Assembly: GCA_030264375.1 (NCBI GenBank)
Contig: JASCQW010000098.1
Coordinates: 78,917,065-78,981,064, forward strand
Origin: Carcharhinus longimanus
Taxonomy: Eukaryota
Direction of reading: 5' to 3'
Length of the DNA: 64,000 nucleotides
Shown: positions 1-11,705 of the stretch, piece after piece
How positions within the stretch are numbered: position 1 is the stretch's first letter
How the letters are laid out: each line of letters starts with the position of its first letter
The notes under the pieces: generated by a model
Seen by the model: only the letters and a program-made list of their open reading frames with translations
Told to the model about the DNA's origin: nothing
The model's database searches: none
Program-made: the position numbers and the translations under genes

Positions 1-1037
1 AGATCATGGCTGATCTGTCGTGGCTCAGTTCCACATTCCCGCCCTCTCCCCATAACCCTTAATCCCCTCTCTTATTTTTGGTTCACTGTGAATGATAGCA
101 AGTTTGAATTCTTAGATTTGAGGATTTATGGTTTTTCCAATGATTTTAATATAATTCCCACTGCTATTGTATGGTTTCTGAGAACTACACAGTGTAAAGT
201 GGGGAATGGCTTTGGAAGATACACAGGGAGTGTAGAGGTGGCATGGGGAATGTAAGGGGGTGATGGATTGGAATCAAATGAACGAAGGGGCAGAGGAAGT
301 GGGTGGTTTGGAGGTGGGAGGGAAAGACAGCATTGCATGAGGATTAGTAGGCATTGAAATGGTTTTGTGATCTGGGCTGTTGTATTAAAAACCAAGCTGG
401 GACTTCAACCATCCTGTCTCTGCACCCATGTTCCTTACATACACCATAATGGCTCACAAAATGCACTGAGAACTTGACTCCAAAAGACAAAAATCTTTCG
501 TAAAATTACACATGGGTAGCATTGGCAACCCACAAAAAAGTGCACGTTGGGTTTTCTTAGCTCAGACAGAAGGCTGGCCCACTAGATCAAATTTACTTGA
601 TACACCAGTATTGTCCACTAATCTGGGCTGTTTATAGTGAAAACCATATTTAATCATCATGAATAGCTAGACATCTGCTGATGAAGGTACAGGTATCAAT
701 TAATGACTTCCCATATCCAAGTCAACATTCACATTGGTTAGACATTCAATGCCACACTCATTAGAAAAAACAACAATATCCATATTTACTTGTATATGTT
801 ACTATTCAGCCAAAGTTTAATGATTACCTATTAAGAAAATGGACAATAAATATTTCTCACTCCAATTAACTTGGCCTGTTAGGATGATGAAATTAACAAA
901 TTGGCTGTTTCAATTCACAAAATCTGACATTCACAGAAAAGCTATTAAATCAAATATTATTAATATTGAGGGTAAATGTATCAATTAAAATGATAAGCAG
1001 TAAGATCTAGTCTGTTTCAATGTATTCATCCATGTAC

Positions 1038-1197
1038 CTGATCCAGACAGTGGCTCCTGAGATAGCGCATGGCTTGCTGAATGCTCTGAGGAAGAGGTTG
1101 TCCTGTTCTCTGTACATGAACTATCAAAGGTATACCAAAAACATTCTTGTCTTTGTAGTCAGGAACTTTCACCCTCTTCATGAATTTTGGCACTGAC
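1038..1197 (-). CDS. STARD13: STARD13 exon, start of RhoGAP domain
   Basis: Acceptor ttgcag|G, 160 nt, donor CAG|gtacat; encodes (W)SVPKFMKRVKVPDYKDKNVFGIPLIVHVQRTGQPLPQSIQQAMRYLRSHCLDQ; phase 2 to 0. Confidence 0.95.
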
Positions 1198-1627
1198 CTG
1201 CAAGAAACCATGTTACATTACTTGCTGAAGGAGACATGACTGACTTGAGCACCACAATAACACTCACTTGGCCAACATGCACTACATCCGTAATGATGGT
1301 TTCAACAAATGGCAAACCAAGGCCCATAACTTGCAAGATTCAGTGGTTTGGATTTGGGGTATTGCAAAGATATGCTTGGGAACCTGACCACAAGGTTCCT
1401 GGGTGAGGTTTTCTTGGAATTACCTAGGAAGTTTGCACTTCCTACAGACAATTGTTCTGTGCTAGGAGCCATCCAAAAATCTGATTTAAATTGCAAACCT
1501 TGGACTTTTCTGACTGTGTTACATCAGCAGTTACCCAGAAAAAGAATTAAAAAGGAATGGAGGCCAGTGAATCGCACTGAGATCAAGTTTGTTGGGCCTG
1601 AGAAAACACTGAAAATACTGTTACCAT

Positions 1628-2412
1628 AAGATATAGGAGCAGAATTAGGCCATTTGGCCCATCGTCTGCTCTGCTATTCAATCATGGCCGATATGATTCG
1701 CATTCCCATTCTCTTGCCTTCTCTCTACAATCCTTGATCCTTTTATTGATCAAGAACCTCTGTCTTAAAGACTTTCAGTGACCTGGCTGCCACAGCCCTC
1801 TGTAGCAATGAGTTCCATAGATTCACCACCCTCTGGCTGAAGAAACTCCTCCTCATCTCAGTTTTAAAGGATCATCCCTTCACTGTGGTTGTGCCCTCGA
1901 GTTCTGCTTTTTCCCACTAATGGGAACATCTTCTCCACGTCCACTCTATCTAGGCCTCTCGGTACTCTGTAACTATTAGATCCCCCTCTCTTCCTTCCAA
2001 ACACCATTGAGTATTGACTCAGACTCCTGGATCGCTCCCGATGAGAAACTTTTCATTCCTGGGATCATTCTTTTGAACGTCCTCTGGACCATCTCCAAGG
2101 CCAGCACATCCTTCCTTAGGTATGGGGTCCAAAACTGCTCCTAACACTCCAAATGGGGTCTGACTAGAGCATTATACAGCCCCACCAGAAAATCCCTGCC
2201 CTTATATTCTAGCCCTCTCGCCATGAGTGCTAACATTGAATTTGCCTAACTGCCAACCGAACCTGCATATTAATCTCGAGAGTCCTGAACCAGGGCTCCC
2301 AGAGTCCCCTTCTGCTTCAGATTTCCAAAGCCTTTTCCCATTTAGAAAATAGTCTATGCCTCTATTCTTCCCAAAGTGCATTACCTCACATTTTGCCACA
2401 TTGTATTCCATC
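1628..2412 (-). mobile_element. CR1-type LINE 3' fragment
   Basis: Minus-strand MEYNVAKCEVMHFGKNRGIDYFLNG; inverted CR1 tail (ataggagcagaattaggccatttggccc on +). Confidence 0.85.
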
Positions 2413-3039
2413 AGTGCACCTACCTTATGGATGCAGTCCTACTCACTTGCTTTTACTTGCCAGAATTTGAGAGATAAAAGGGAGGCATGATTTTAGAGGC
2501 GGTCCTAAATCCCAAGAGTGGATTGGCCACCTGTCACCCCTTAAAACCACTCTGTTGAAGTGGGTGGATGGTGATAGGTTAGGAGGATCAGGTTTGAGAA
2601 TTTAAAATTTATATCTTTCCACCTGCCCAGAAATTTAAAACCTACCATGTCTAAAAGGAAACATGCCAAGAAACACTCAACAATTTCTGACAACACTGTC
2701 TGCCAAATCCATCTGTGCTTTTGCAGATATCATTTATTTCAAAACGGTATGATGCATTTCTTGAAGAGTTGCGGACCCAATAGGTGGTTGAACTAAAATC
2801 TACTTTACTTTAGGTACACAGATATTAGCTTTGTGCATAAAGCTAATGCTTTGAAAACAATTTCAGTATTAAAAGAAAATGACCCTACAGGAGACTCAGT
2901 CAAATCATGCCATATGCACCAGCTACAAGTTTGCATGTTGGATAAGTGTATAACATTTGGAGAGCTTTTTAGGCAAAGGATGTTTCCAATGCTTTCAACA
3001 ATAACCTGTATTTATAATACTCCGAATGCAGTAAAATCT

Positions 3040-3275
3040 CAAAACATTAAAGGTAAATAAGGAGATGTTAAAGCACAAAAACAAAAAAGTTTGGTACATG
3101 GTACAAGAGTTAGATTGTAAAAGTGTGCATTAAGAGGAAAAGAGGTAGAGAAGAGTGTTTTAGGAAGAGTCCAAAGCCAAGGCTCCATCAACGGTAACAG
3201 AAGGCAAAGCCAACAATGGTGGAATGGCTAAAATCAGGGATAAGAAAAAGGACCAGAATCTGAGGAGTGCCGATA
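3040..3275 (-). mobile_element. L2-like LINE 3' fragment
   Basis: Same purine-rich tail motif as at 10510-10640 (+) and 45310-45480/47000-47135. Confidence 0.4.
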
Positions 3276-4277
3276 CACACAGAAGAAATGGCCCTAATTA
3301 TCAACACTTCTCGGTTATTTTCATTGGCAAAAATACTTGGTGAGGAAGGGAGTAAAGTTCCATAAACTCATTTTACTTGGNNNNNNNNNNNNNNNNNNNN
3401 NNNNNNNNNNNNNNNNNNNNNNNNNNNNNNNNNNNNNNNNNNNNNNNNNNNNNNNNNNNNNNNNNNNNNNNNNNNNNNNNCTTGGGTCTTTCCATTCTTA
3501 TTAGGCCAAACTGATCTAATCAATCCAACCAGTTTCCAAAAGGTTAAAGACAGCACTCTCTTTCAGGCTACTAAATTTAATCTAACATCTCTCATTACTT
3601 ATCTAATAGACCACTGTAAACACCTACATGCTCTTGAACTCAGGCAGGGGAACTCTGATTCAGTTCAATAGGATGTGAAAAGTAGTGACAAATGTCCATC
3701 TTCTACAGGTCTAAGCACAGCACAATTGCTAAACAAAGCTTTTTCTAGGCCACTTTTTCAAACTTTCTTTTTCCCAGCAACTCACTTCTACCAAATGGCT
3801 GTCCCTTGTGACTCACGCCAAGCTCACTTACTACCTGTCTCTCTGGCCCCCTCTTTAGCACAACAAAATGATCCATATCTACAGTTGTCTCACTAGAAAG
3901 GAAAGGGAACGGAAATTGGTGCCAATCTGGTGCTAGGTGCCAAGTTCACATACAGGCCACGGTGACCTGTTGATTTTCACCTCATGCAGTCATGCATCGT
4001 ACTGCAGTGAAAATTTACCCAGAGAGAAAATGGAAGAGCTCAGGCGATCTTTGGGACTCTTTTTTAACATTGAAACACCCACTTTGAAAAACAAGGTCTT
4101 AAATAAATTGTGGGTTCCCAAAAATATTTTGTTTACATTTCAATCCTTGCAGATATGATTAAGCATCAATGCTCTATGGGTATTGTTTTAACTTTAAACA
4201 CTGGTTAATCCTTCATGAAAGTTGAAAAACAAGACAATCTTCCCTTTAATAGATCAAGGGACACCCATGTTTTGTTA

Positions 4278-4445
4278 AAACAAAGGCAAAATTCTGCAGA
4301 TACTGGAACTCTGAGGCAAAAAACAGAAAATGCTGCTAAATCTCAGCAGCTGTGGATAGAGATACAGAATTAATGTTCTGTGTTAATGTCAGCTCTGTCT
4401 CTCTGTGCCAAACCTACCACGTACTTCCAGCATTGTTTTATTCCA
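4278..4445. repeat. Penelope-derived palindromic short repeat
   Basis: tgcagatactggaactctga...aaaacagaaaatgctg...cagcattg; same family as 35670-36045, 52895-53025 and 57888-57980. Confidence 0.6.
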
Positions 4446-4956
4446 ATGCTTTGCTGCTGTAAAGAGTTATTTTTGCAATGGAATATGATTAGAGAAACTG
4501 GTGCCTTAAAAAAGATCAGTAATTAATTCAACGGCAACTATAAAATAGCTTTATTGTACAACCGTTCTTTCACTACATAGTGAAGCCATAGCTAGGAAGA
4601 CTGGATGGTGTGAAGTATCAGCATGCTTACCTTTACATCTCGAGCATTGACTTCATAATTCAAGTGTGCTTATGAAGTCGTTTCTGGTTTATGGTGATTA
4701 CATGGCAATTACGTTCCTTACAGTACAGAGAGATGTTCATGATATGTAAGTGTGCTTTGCAAAATAAGTTTTGACTATCTCAAGCCTGGATCTGGATCTC
4801 CCAAATGTGACCCTAATCTAGTGCTTCAATAATTGGGGGTGCTAAATTCAGGATCTGTTCAGTGTTAATCCCCTGCAAACAAATGAGGAGATTTAAAAGG
4901 AGCCTCAGGTGTTAGTCCTTGAACCTCATCATATGGAAGATAAAGCCTGGTGCTTT

Positions 4957-5402
4957 ATAGAATCTACAGTGCAGGTGGCCACCATTTGGCCCATTGAGCC
5001 TGCACCGCAACAATCCCATCCAGGTCCTATCTTATCCCCATAACCCCACATATTTACCCTTTCAACCCCCTGACATTAAGGGGCANNNNNNNNNNNNNNN
5101 NNNNNNNNNNNNNNNNNNNNNNNNNNNNNNNNNNNNNNNNNNNNNNNNNNNNNNNNNNNNNNNNNNNNNNNNNNNNNNNNNNNNNTATATTTACTCTCCT
5201 AATCCCCCTGACATTAAGGGGCAATTTATCATGGCCAATCAACCTAACCCACACATCTTTGGCATATGGGAGTAAACTGGAGCACCTGGAGAAACCCACA
5301 CAGACACAGGATGAATGTGCAAACTCCACAGTCACCCATGGCCAAAACTGAACCCAGGTCTCTGGTGCTGAGAGGCAGCAGTGCTAACCGATGTGCCACC
5401 CC
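4957..5402 (-). mobile_element. HE1-type V-SINE (tRNA-derived), spans an assembly gap
   Basis: Reverse complement of ggtggcac..gttagcactgctgcctc..ccagagacctgggttc, the central V-domain and a CR1-type tail. Confidence 0.85.
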
Positions 5403-5683
5403 ATTGTGCCTTCTTCAGACATAAACACTGTGCGCAAAAAGCTTCAGACGTAAACAAGACAGGCAATAAGAAACATGTGCCCACTTCCTGCCCACAATTT
5501 TCAAATCCGAAGATTCCAAAGTGATTGACAAATGGGCCCTTGGCATGTAAAGTCAAAAAGTCAATAATAAAAAGAGCTTTATCCATTTCTAATCATACAT
5601 ACAAATTTTCCAGTTTTAAAAACAAACTACTGAACTGTTAAGCTTCACTGTTTGCTTTAATGCTCAATATAACAGTAACTCAC

Positions 5684-5863
5684 CAGGTCCAGCCATGTTT
5701 ATTTGAAAGGGAGTATTTTTCCATTATAGCCGTGAGGCGGAGAAGGGAAAACTTCTGCAGCAGGTTGAGCTGGGCTGCTGACTGGTTGCTGATCTGTAAT
5801 GAAGCTAACGCAAGACTAAGTCGATGTGAAATCTGGAAACTGTGCCACCGTAACCTCTGACGC
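5684..5863 (-). CDS. STARD13: STARD13 exon
   Basis: Acceptor cttatag|G, 180 nt, donor TG|gtgagt; encodes (R)RQRLRWHSFQISHRLSLALASLQISNQSAAQLNLLQKFSLLRLTAIMEKYSLSNKHGWT(W); phase 2 to 2. Confidence 0.95.
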
Positions 5864-5974
5864 CTATAAGAAAGTGAAAAATTACAAGAATTAAGAAAAC
5901 TAAAATAAAGCTGAGGCGTATGAAATGTGGAAATTGGATGCAATAAGAAAAAAAATCAAACTATTTATAGAAAA

Positions 5975-6170
5975 ATATAGGAGTAGCAGCCTATTCAGTC
6001 CTTCGAGCTTGCCCTGCTATTCATTCTGATCATCCAACTCAACAGCCTGATCCTGCCTTCCCCCATATCTTTTGATCCCCTGAGCCAAGAGCTATATCCA
6101 ACTCCTTGAAAACATACGTTTTGGCCTCGACTTCTTTCTGTGGCAGTGAATTCCACAGGCTTACCACTAG
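5975..6170 (-). mobile_element. CR1 3' end fragment
   Basis: ataggagtagcagcctattcagtccttcgagcttgccctgctattca...ggcagtgaattccacagg. Confidence 0.7.
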
Positions 6171-8207
6171 TTGGATGCATGTAGCAATTCCATTATCAAT
6201 GTAATTGTTACATCCTTCACCAAATTCCCTGCCTCATTGAAATAAGACGACATGAACTGAACTGATCCTGACCTAGTAGTGACTGCCTATTGGTTTAGTG
6301 GAGTAATTCTGGTCTATGCACAGATACTGAGCAGTCCAACTTGAATTTATCCCCATGCTTGAATAGAGGTAGAGGTTCAAGACTAGCAACACCAGCCAAA
6401 AGGGCACATTATCCAACGCAACTTGAAAATTATACAAAATTTATAAAACACTGCCAGTTGGATAACCATCAACTTAATTTGTAATAAACCTATAAAATTA
6501 TGATAATCTACTTCATTGCAGGGAAGAAAACTAAAATCTAGTATCAGTTTTTAGAAACAAATCCTTAACTACAAAATATAGCAGCACTCAAGATTAGAGC
6601 AGATATCTATGATACAACAAACAGAGGACATGGGACAATTCTCCCACTCCACTAAATTCAAGCGGCACCCAAGTCACGAGGTCCACAATGGGCATTTGGC
6701 ACTGAGCATAGGATAAGGGGTCTCCCCAGGCATCAGCATCTTGGCAGTGCCAGCCTGGACCCCTGACACTCCAAGGGGCAAAGTGCCTATGCCCAGGGAC
6801 ATTGTGGAACTGCCCATCTTTAAAGCTCAGAACTGGAAACTTGGAATTTGAGGATATCACTGCATCTCCTTTCACTCCTCTTCCTCCAAGCTTTTCACAT
6901 CACTACAATAATTAACTTGACATACTGCTTTTGCAATTGGCCATGTCATAATACTGTCTCATATCACAAACAGCACTGAATCACAATAGAACCAGTAGGC
7001 CATTTGGTCCGTTGGACTTATGACACGTGTGATAAGACCATGGCTGGTCTGATTGGGGCCTCAACTCCATATTGAATTTCATCAGAACATCAAGTTATAC
7101 CAAGGCGGAGTATAATTAGAAGCAGCCAACTGGAATTTAAGCAAAGAAACGTATCATTGACAAGCCCAGTAGAATTTAAGTATGGAGGATAAAGACAAAG
7201 TATAGAAAATGTGGCATTTGTAGACCTTCAGACATTACATAGGACACTACTGGAATAAGTGCAAGGGTAGTTGCAGGATTTCATATCAATAAATAAATCA
7301 TATAATGTCCAAATATTTCAATAATAAATACAACTCAAGATCTCAACTAGGAAAAGAAGATTCACCTTTAATCCTTTCATTTTAGTAACTTTATGTCTGA
7401 AGCAACAGTAACTTCAGTTTTGAAGTGGCTCAAAAATACTGATGGGTTCTAGATTTTAGTTATCTGTGCATCTTAGACACAATCAAAACACAATTAGGTT
7501 TGAGAATGCTTGATGGAATGGTCCAATCCCCCTCAATGGGACAGCTGTTGTTTCATTGTGATTTTCTACATATTTTTTAATTACTCCAACATAAACTATC
7601 TGGGGACAATTTTAATCAAAACTGCCTGATGAGATCAGGTGTGGATTTTACACCCCTTCTAAATCTTGTTCTTAAGCCAATGGAGAGCAATATTGCGCAG
7701 AATCCAAAATCAACATTCTACCTGATCTAGTAGGATTTCCACTTGTCAAACTTGGTTAAAACGAACCAGATTTTTTTGCCTATTATATGATGTTTTTGAT
7801 CATCACAAATGAAGTACCAGGTGGATAAAATTATCAACTGTTACAGCTATTGACAGTTTAACTTAAGTCCCAACTAAAACAGTTTCAGCAGGCCTCGGAT
7901 TTATTATAAAATTGAAAACAAGAGCTTCAGCCTTTTAGTTTGGATTCCCAGGTGACAAAATTCTTCATGTGAAAATATCAGTGCTGATTTAAATATATTA
8001 AGAATCATTACCTACTTTAAAAAATACTCCCTTATGCACCTAACAATCATGTCCACATTGATCAACTTCAGCTGAGTGTGTAAGGTGCTTTAAGTTACCA
8101 GCAGCAAGCAGGTAAGAGAATTTAAGGAAAAAGAGGTGGTTATTTTCTTGATATTTCATCTATGGATTGCTTTATATTGGTTGACATTCTCAGATTGTCA
8201 ATAAATT

Positions 8208-8503
8208 GGGCAGCATGGTGGCAATGGTTAGCACTGCTGCCTCACAGCACCAGAGATCCAGGTTCAATACCTGGCTTGAATCAGTGTCGGTACGGAGTCT
8301 GCACATGTGTGGGGGCTTCCTCCAGGTGCTCCAGTTTTGTCCCACACTCCAAAGATGTGAGAATTAGGGGGATTGTCCATGTGTGTCACGGGGGTTAGCA
8401 GGGTAAATATATGGTGTTATGGGGATAGGGCCTGGGTCTATTTTATTGTTGGTGCAGGCTCGATGGGCTGTATAGTCTCCTTCTGCACTGTAGGGATTCT
8501 ATG
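8208..8503 (+). mobile_element. HE1-type V-SINE
   Basis: gggcagcatggtggcaatggttagcactgctgcctcacagc...ggttcaatacc (B box)...ccttctgcactgtagggattctatg. Confidence 0.9.
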
Positions 8504-8595
8504 AAATTAATTGGTGTACAGACTTCATCAGGCTCACTTTTCATTTACATTAGCAGTGTTCACCTTCTATGCCCAATCAAATTTTAGTTACCAAC

Positions 8596-9974
8596 CTGCT
8601 GGGTCTGGTTAAAGAGGCCCCGACGCCAGAATCTCTGCGATCTCTCAATCCTACGGATTCAGATTCATTAAGGGATTGACCATCTCGATCAAAGTCACTG
8701 GGGGTGGTTTGACCATCTGACACTGAATGCCTTTCTAAATCCAGCATTATTTGATTGGATGTGTGGAATTGGCGTTCACAGACTGAGAGTTCATCATCAT
8801 CCTGTATTTCGGGTAACACGTTTCTTGACCAATGGTCCACAATCTGCTGCAGGCCATTCACATGCTGCAAGATATCATCCAAGTGAGGAAATATGTCCTC
8901 TTTTTCCAGGTCAATCAAGTCACCAGTGCTAGCATATAAATGGGATCCAGGTACATTGTCATAGATACTGATCCTACTTCCTTTTGGGAAGCAGTTCTTG
9001 GGTTTATTAATGCTGCACTTCTGTTTTCCCAGAGAGATACTTCCAGTCCGCCAGTTTACAGGAGTGTAGTTGTCAGTTGGGGAAAGGCTTTCAATGGAAA
9101 GTGCCTTTGGAAAGGTGCCGGGTTTGTGATCCTTCGGAATGTGAACAACAAGGTTTTCCTGGGAGTGAAACTCATTCCTACGGTTCTGATCCTGCTTCAT
9201 TGTTGTTCCTGACATGATGTCGACATCCTCGAGATACATGCCACTCCGCTTGCTATCAAAGCGTCTCTTACGGGATTTCAAACACGGTGTGCTCACAGCG
9301 CTGCCGCTGGTTTCAGAGTGACTGTCACTACTGGACTGAGTTGATGACGAAAATCCGCTCTTGCTTGCGTCTTTTGCTAAACCATTCAAGTTTCCATTGA
9401 CCAACTCTATACATTGCATGGTCCTCAGTGACTCGGGTTCCATTTGCAGCACGGGTGAGCTGATAACCAAGGCTCCAGTTCGCAGACTTCCCTTTAATTT
9501 ACTATGAGAAGCTCTTGGTCGTAATGTTTCCATACGCTTCAATAAATTCTTAGCCTTCGTTTTTGCATTGTTTTCAGGTTTAAGACTAAAGCCGTAGTTT
9601 GTAAAGTCTTTAGGCGTCTGTGGCAGTGAACGATGCAGCGAGGTGGAGTCTGGCATTGCTGTGGTTTCAGCACAGTTCCGTAGAGAGCTTTCTTGGTGTT
9701 CTGCGGTTTCCACAGTTCTACCAGCTAAGCTCCTGTTATCACCTCCTCCGCTGCTTTCACTGTGAATGGAGGAGACCTCCGGTTCACTGAGGTCCGTGAG
9801 TACGCTTTCACTGCTAGTCGTGTTTTTTAGTTTCATGCCACCTGCGGAAAGGTGGCCGTCTTGCCTGGGAAACAGCACATCAATGTCATCCAGTCGTGAC
9901 CATCTCTTACTGCTCCTTTGGAAGGTCCACTTGTCACTAATTGCACACAAATCATCTTCATCAGAATCTTCACT
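8596..9974 (-). CDS. STARD13: STARD13 large exon, serine-rich focal-adhesion-targeting region
   Basis: Lies within the 472-aa ORF; acceptor tttcag|AGT, 1379 nt, donor AG|gttggt; SEDSDEDD...KWTFQRSSKRWSR...HKPGTFPKALS...SIYDNV (tensin-binding motif)...LDDILQHV (LD-like motif)...RDRRDSGVGASLTRPS; phase 0 to 2. Confidence 0.96.
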
Positions 9975-10509
9975 CTGAAAGATCAATGGAAACATAGAAG
10001 TTGTATTTTCTCATTTCACATGGAAGAATAAATTACAGAAACCGTACATTACATTTCTTTCGCCTATTTTGTCATGCTGTAGGATTTAGCAAGATAAGAA
10101 TGCGCTGAGGTTTCAGTCACTTTGCAAGCAGGAAGTTGCGACAGAGAAATGCATCTTACGAAACAACAAAATGACGAATTAGTGTGTGTAAAGAGTTTGC
10201 CCCTGTTGATTTTATAATTCTTCGAACCATTCCACTTAGGCTCAGCACGAGGTCGACAGACACTCAATTTAACAGTAGATTCGAGGATTTCAAATGGTAC
10301 AACTGTGTAGAAAACTGCCAAGGCTTCCTTCCCACCGCACCTCCCCCGTCCTCTCAGGCAGACTGTGGTTCGTTGAGAATAACCTCTATTTCTAACTCTT
10401 GAATGCATTTTGTTCAGTTTGTGCTTCACTGGAAAAATCAATAGCATCAGCAAGAATCTTGCAAGTCATTTGCTAACTGGCCTCCTGTGAATGTGCAATT
10501 TTCATTGCT

Positions 10510-10640
10510 CTACTATTGGCGGTTGTGCCTTCAACTGCATGGCTTTAAGCTCAGAAATTGTCCTTACAACCTTTCCGCACCTCTGCTTCTCTCTCCTTTT
10601 ACTCCTTAAAACCCATCCTTTTCCCCCAATATTTCCTAAT
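10510..10640 (+). mobile_element. L2-like LINE 3' fragment
   Basis: attggcggttgtgccttcaactgc...ctccttaaaaccc. Confidence 0.45.
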
Positions 10641-10666
10641 ATAGCTCGACAAGAAATGTCCGATAA

Positions 10667-10972
10667 CATGGCACAGTGGCAAGCTCCAGGGACCCAGATT
10701 TAACTCCAGTCTTGGGTGACTGCATAGAGTTCGGATATTATCCCTGTGAGGGTTTACTCTGGGGCTCCGGTTTCCTCCCAGATTCCAAAGATGTACAGGT
10801 TAGGTTGACTGATTAGCATTCCAAGATGTGTAGGTTAGGAGGATTAGTGGGGTAAATACTTTGGATTATGGGAATAGAGGGGGATGTGGGTAAGATGCTC
10901 TGAAAGAGTCAGTGAGGACTCAATGAGCTAAATGGCTTCCTTCTACACTTCAGGGATTTTATGATTCTATGA
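10667..10972 (+). mobile_element. HE1-type V-SINE
   Basis: ggcacagtgg...ccagggaccc...ctccggtttcctccca...ccaaagatgt...ggttagg; tail gggattttatgattctatg. Confidence 0.85.
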
Positions 10973-11039
10973 TAATGCTCCCATGTAGTGTTTTGGCTTG
11001 CTTTTCTATTTTTAAAAAAGGTGCTACATAAATATTCTC

Positions 11040-11705
11040 CAAGAATGAATCTAACCAACCCCAATGGTATCATCAAATCTCCCATCATCAGCATCCCATT
11101 GACCAGAATCTGAACTGAACCAGCCATATAAATACTGTGGTCACAAGAACAGGTCAGAGGCTAGGAATCCTGCTGAGTGTAACTCACTTCCTGACTCCCC
11201 AAAGCCTGTCCACCATCTACAATGCTCACTTCAGGAACATTATGGAGTAATTGCCTGCATATGTGCAGCTCCAACAACAAGCAGCTCAACACCATCCAGA
11301 CCAAAGGAAGCAGTATGGCTGGCATCCCATCACCACCTTCAGCATTCAGTCCCTCCCTATTGATGCTCAATGACAGTAGGGTGTACCTGGATGCCCTACA
11401 CCAACTCACCAAGCCTCCTTTGACAGTACCTTCCAAACTAGCAACCTCGACCACCTTGAAGGCAGTAGATGCTCGAAACACTACCACTTGCAAGTTCCCG
11501 TCCAAGCTACACACCATTCTAACTGAGAAATATGTCACCCTTCCTTCACTGTGCTGTGTCAAAACCCTGGAATTCCTTTCCTAACAGCATTGTGGACATA
11601 TCAGCACCACAGGGACTGTGGCGGTTCACCAACACCTTCTCAAGGACAATTAGGGATGGGGAACAAATGCTGGCCTAGCCAGCAATGCCCACATCCCTTG
11701 AACAA
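11040..11705 (+). mobile_element. Non-LTR retrotransposon (CR1/L2 group) 3' fragment
   Basis: Decayed RT C-terminus (IDQNLN*TSHINTVVTRTGQRLGIL...TPQSLSTIY) and tail caattagggatgggg.acaaatgctggcctagccagcaatgcccacatccc. Confidence 0.75.

Noticed and set aside
5040-5225. Repeated ccccctgacattaaggggca on both sides of a 100-N gap
   Set aside because: Likely a scaffolding overlap or a small tandem duplication within a SINE; cannot be judged across a gap.
8208-8290. tRNA-like A/B boxes at SINE heads
   Set aside because: These are tRNA-derived SINE promoters, not tRNA genes; no complete cloverleaf.
8940-9978. Plus-strand ORFs overlapping the large exon
   Set aside because: Antisense shadows of coding sequence.
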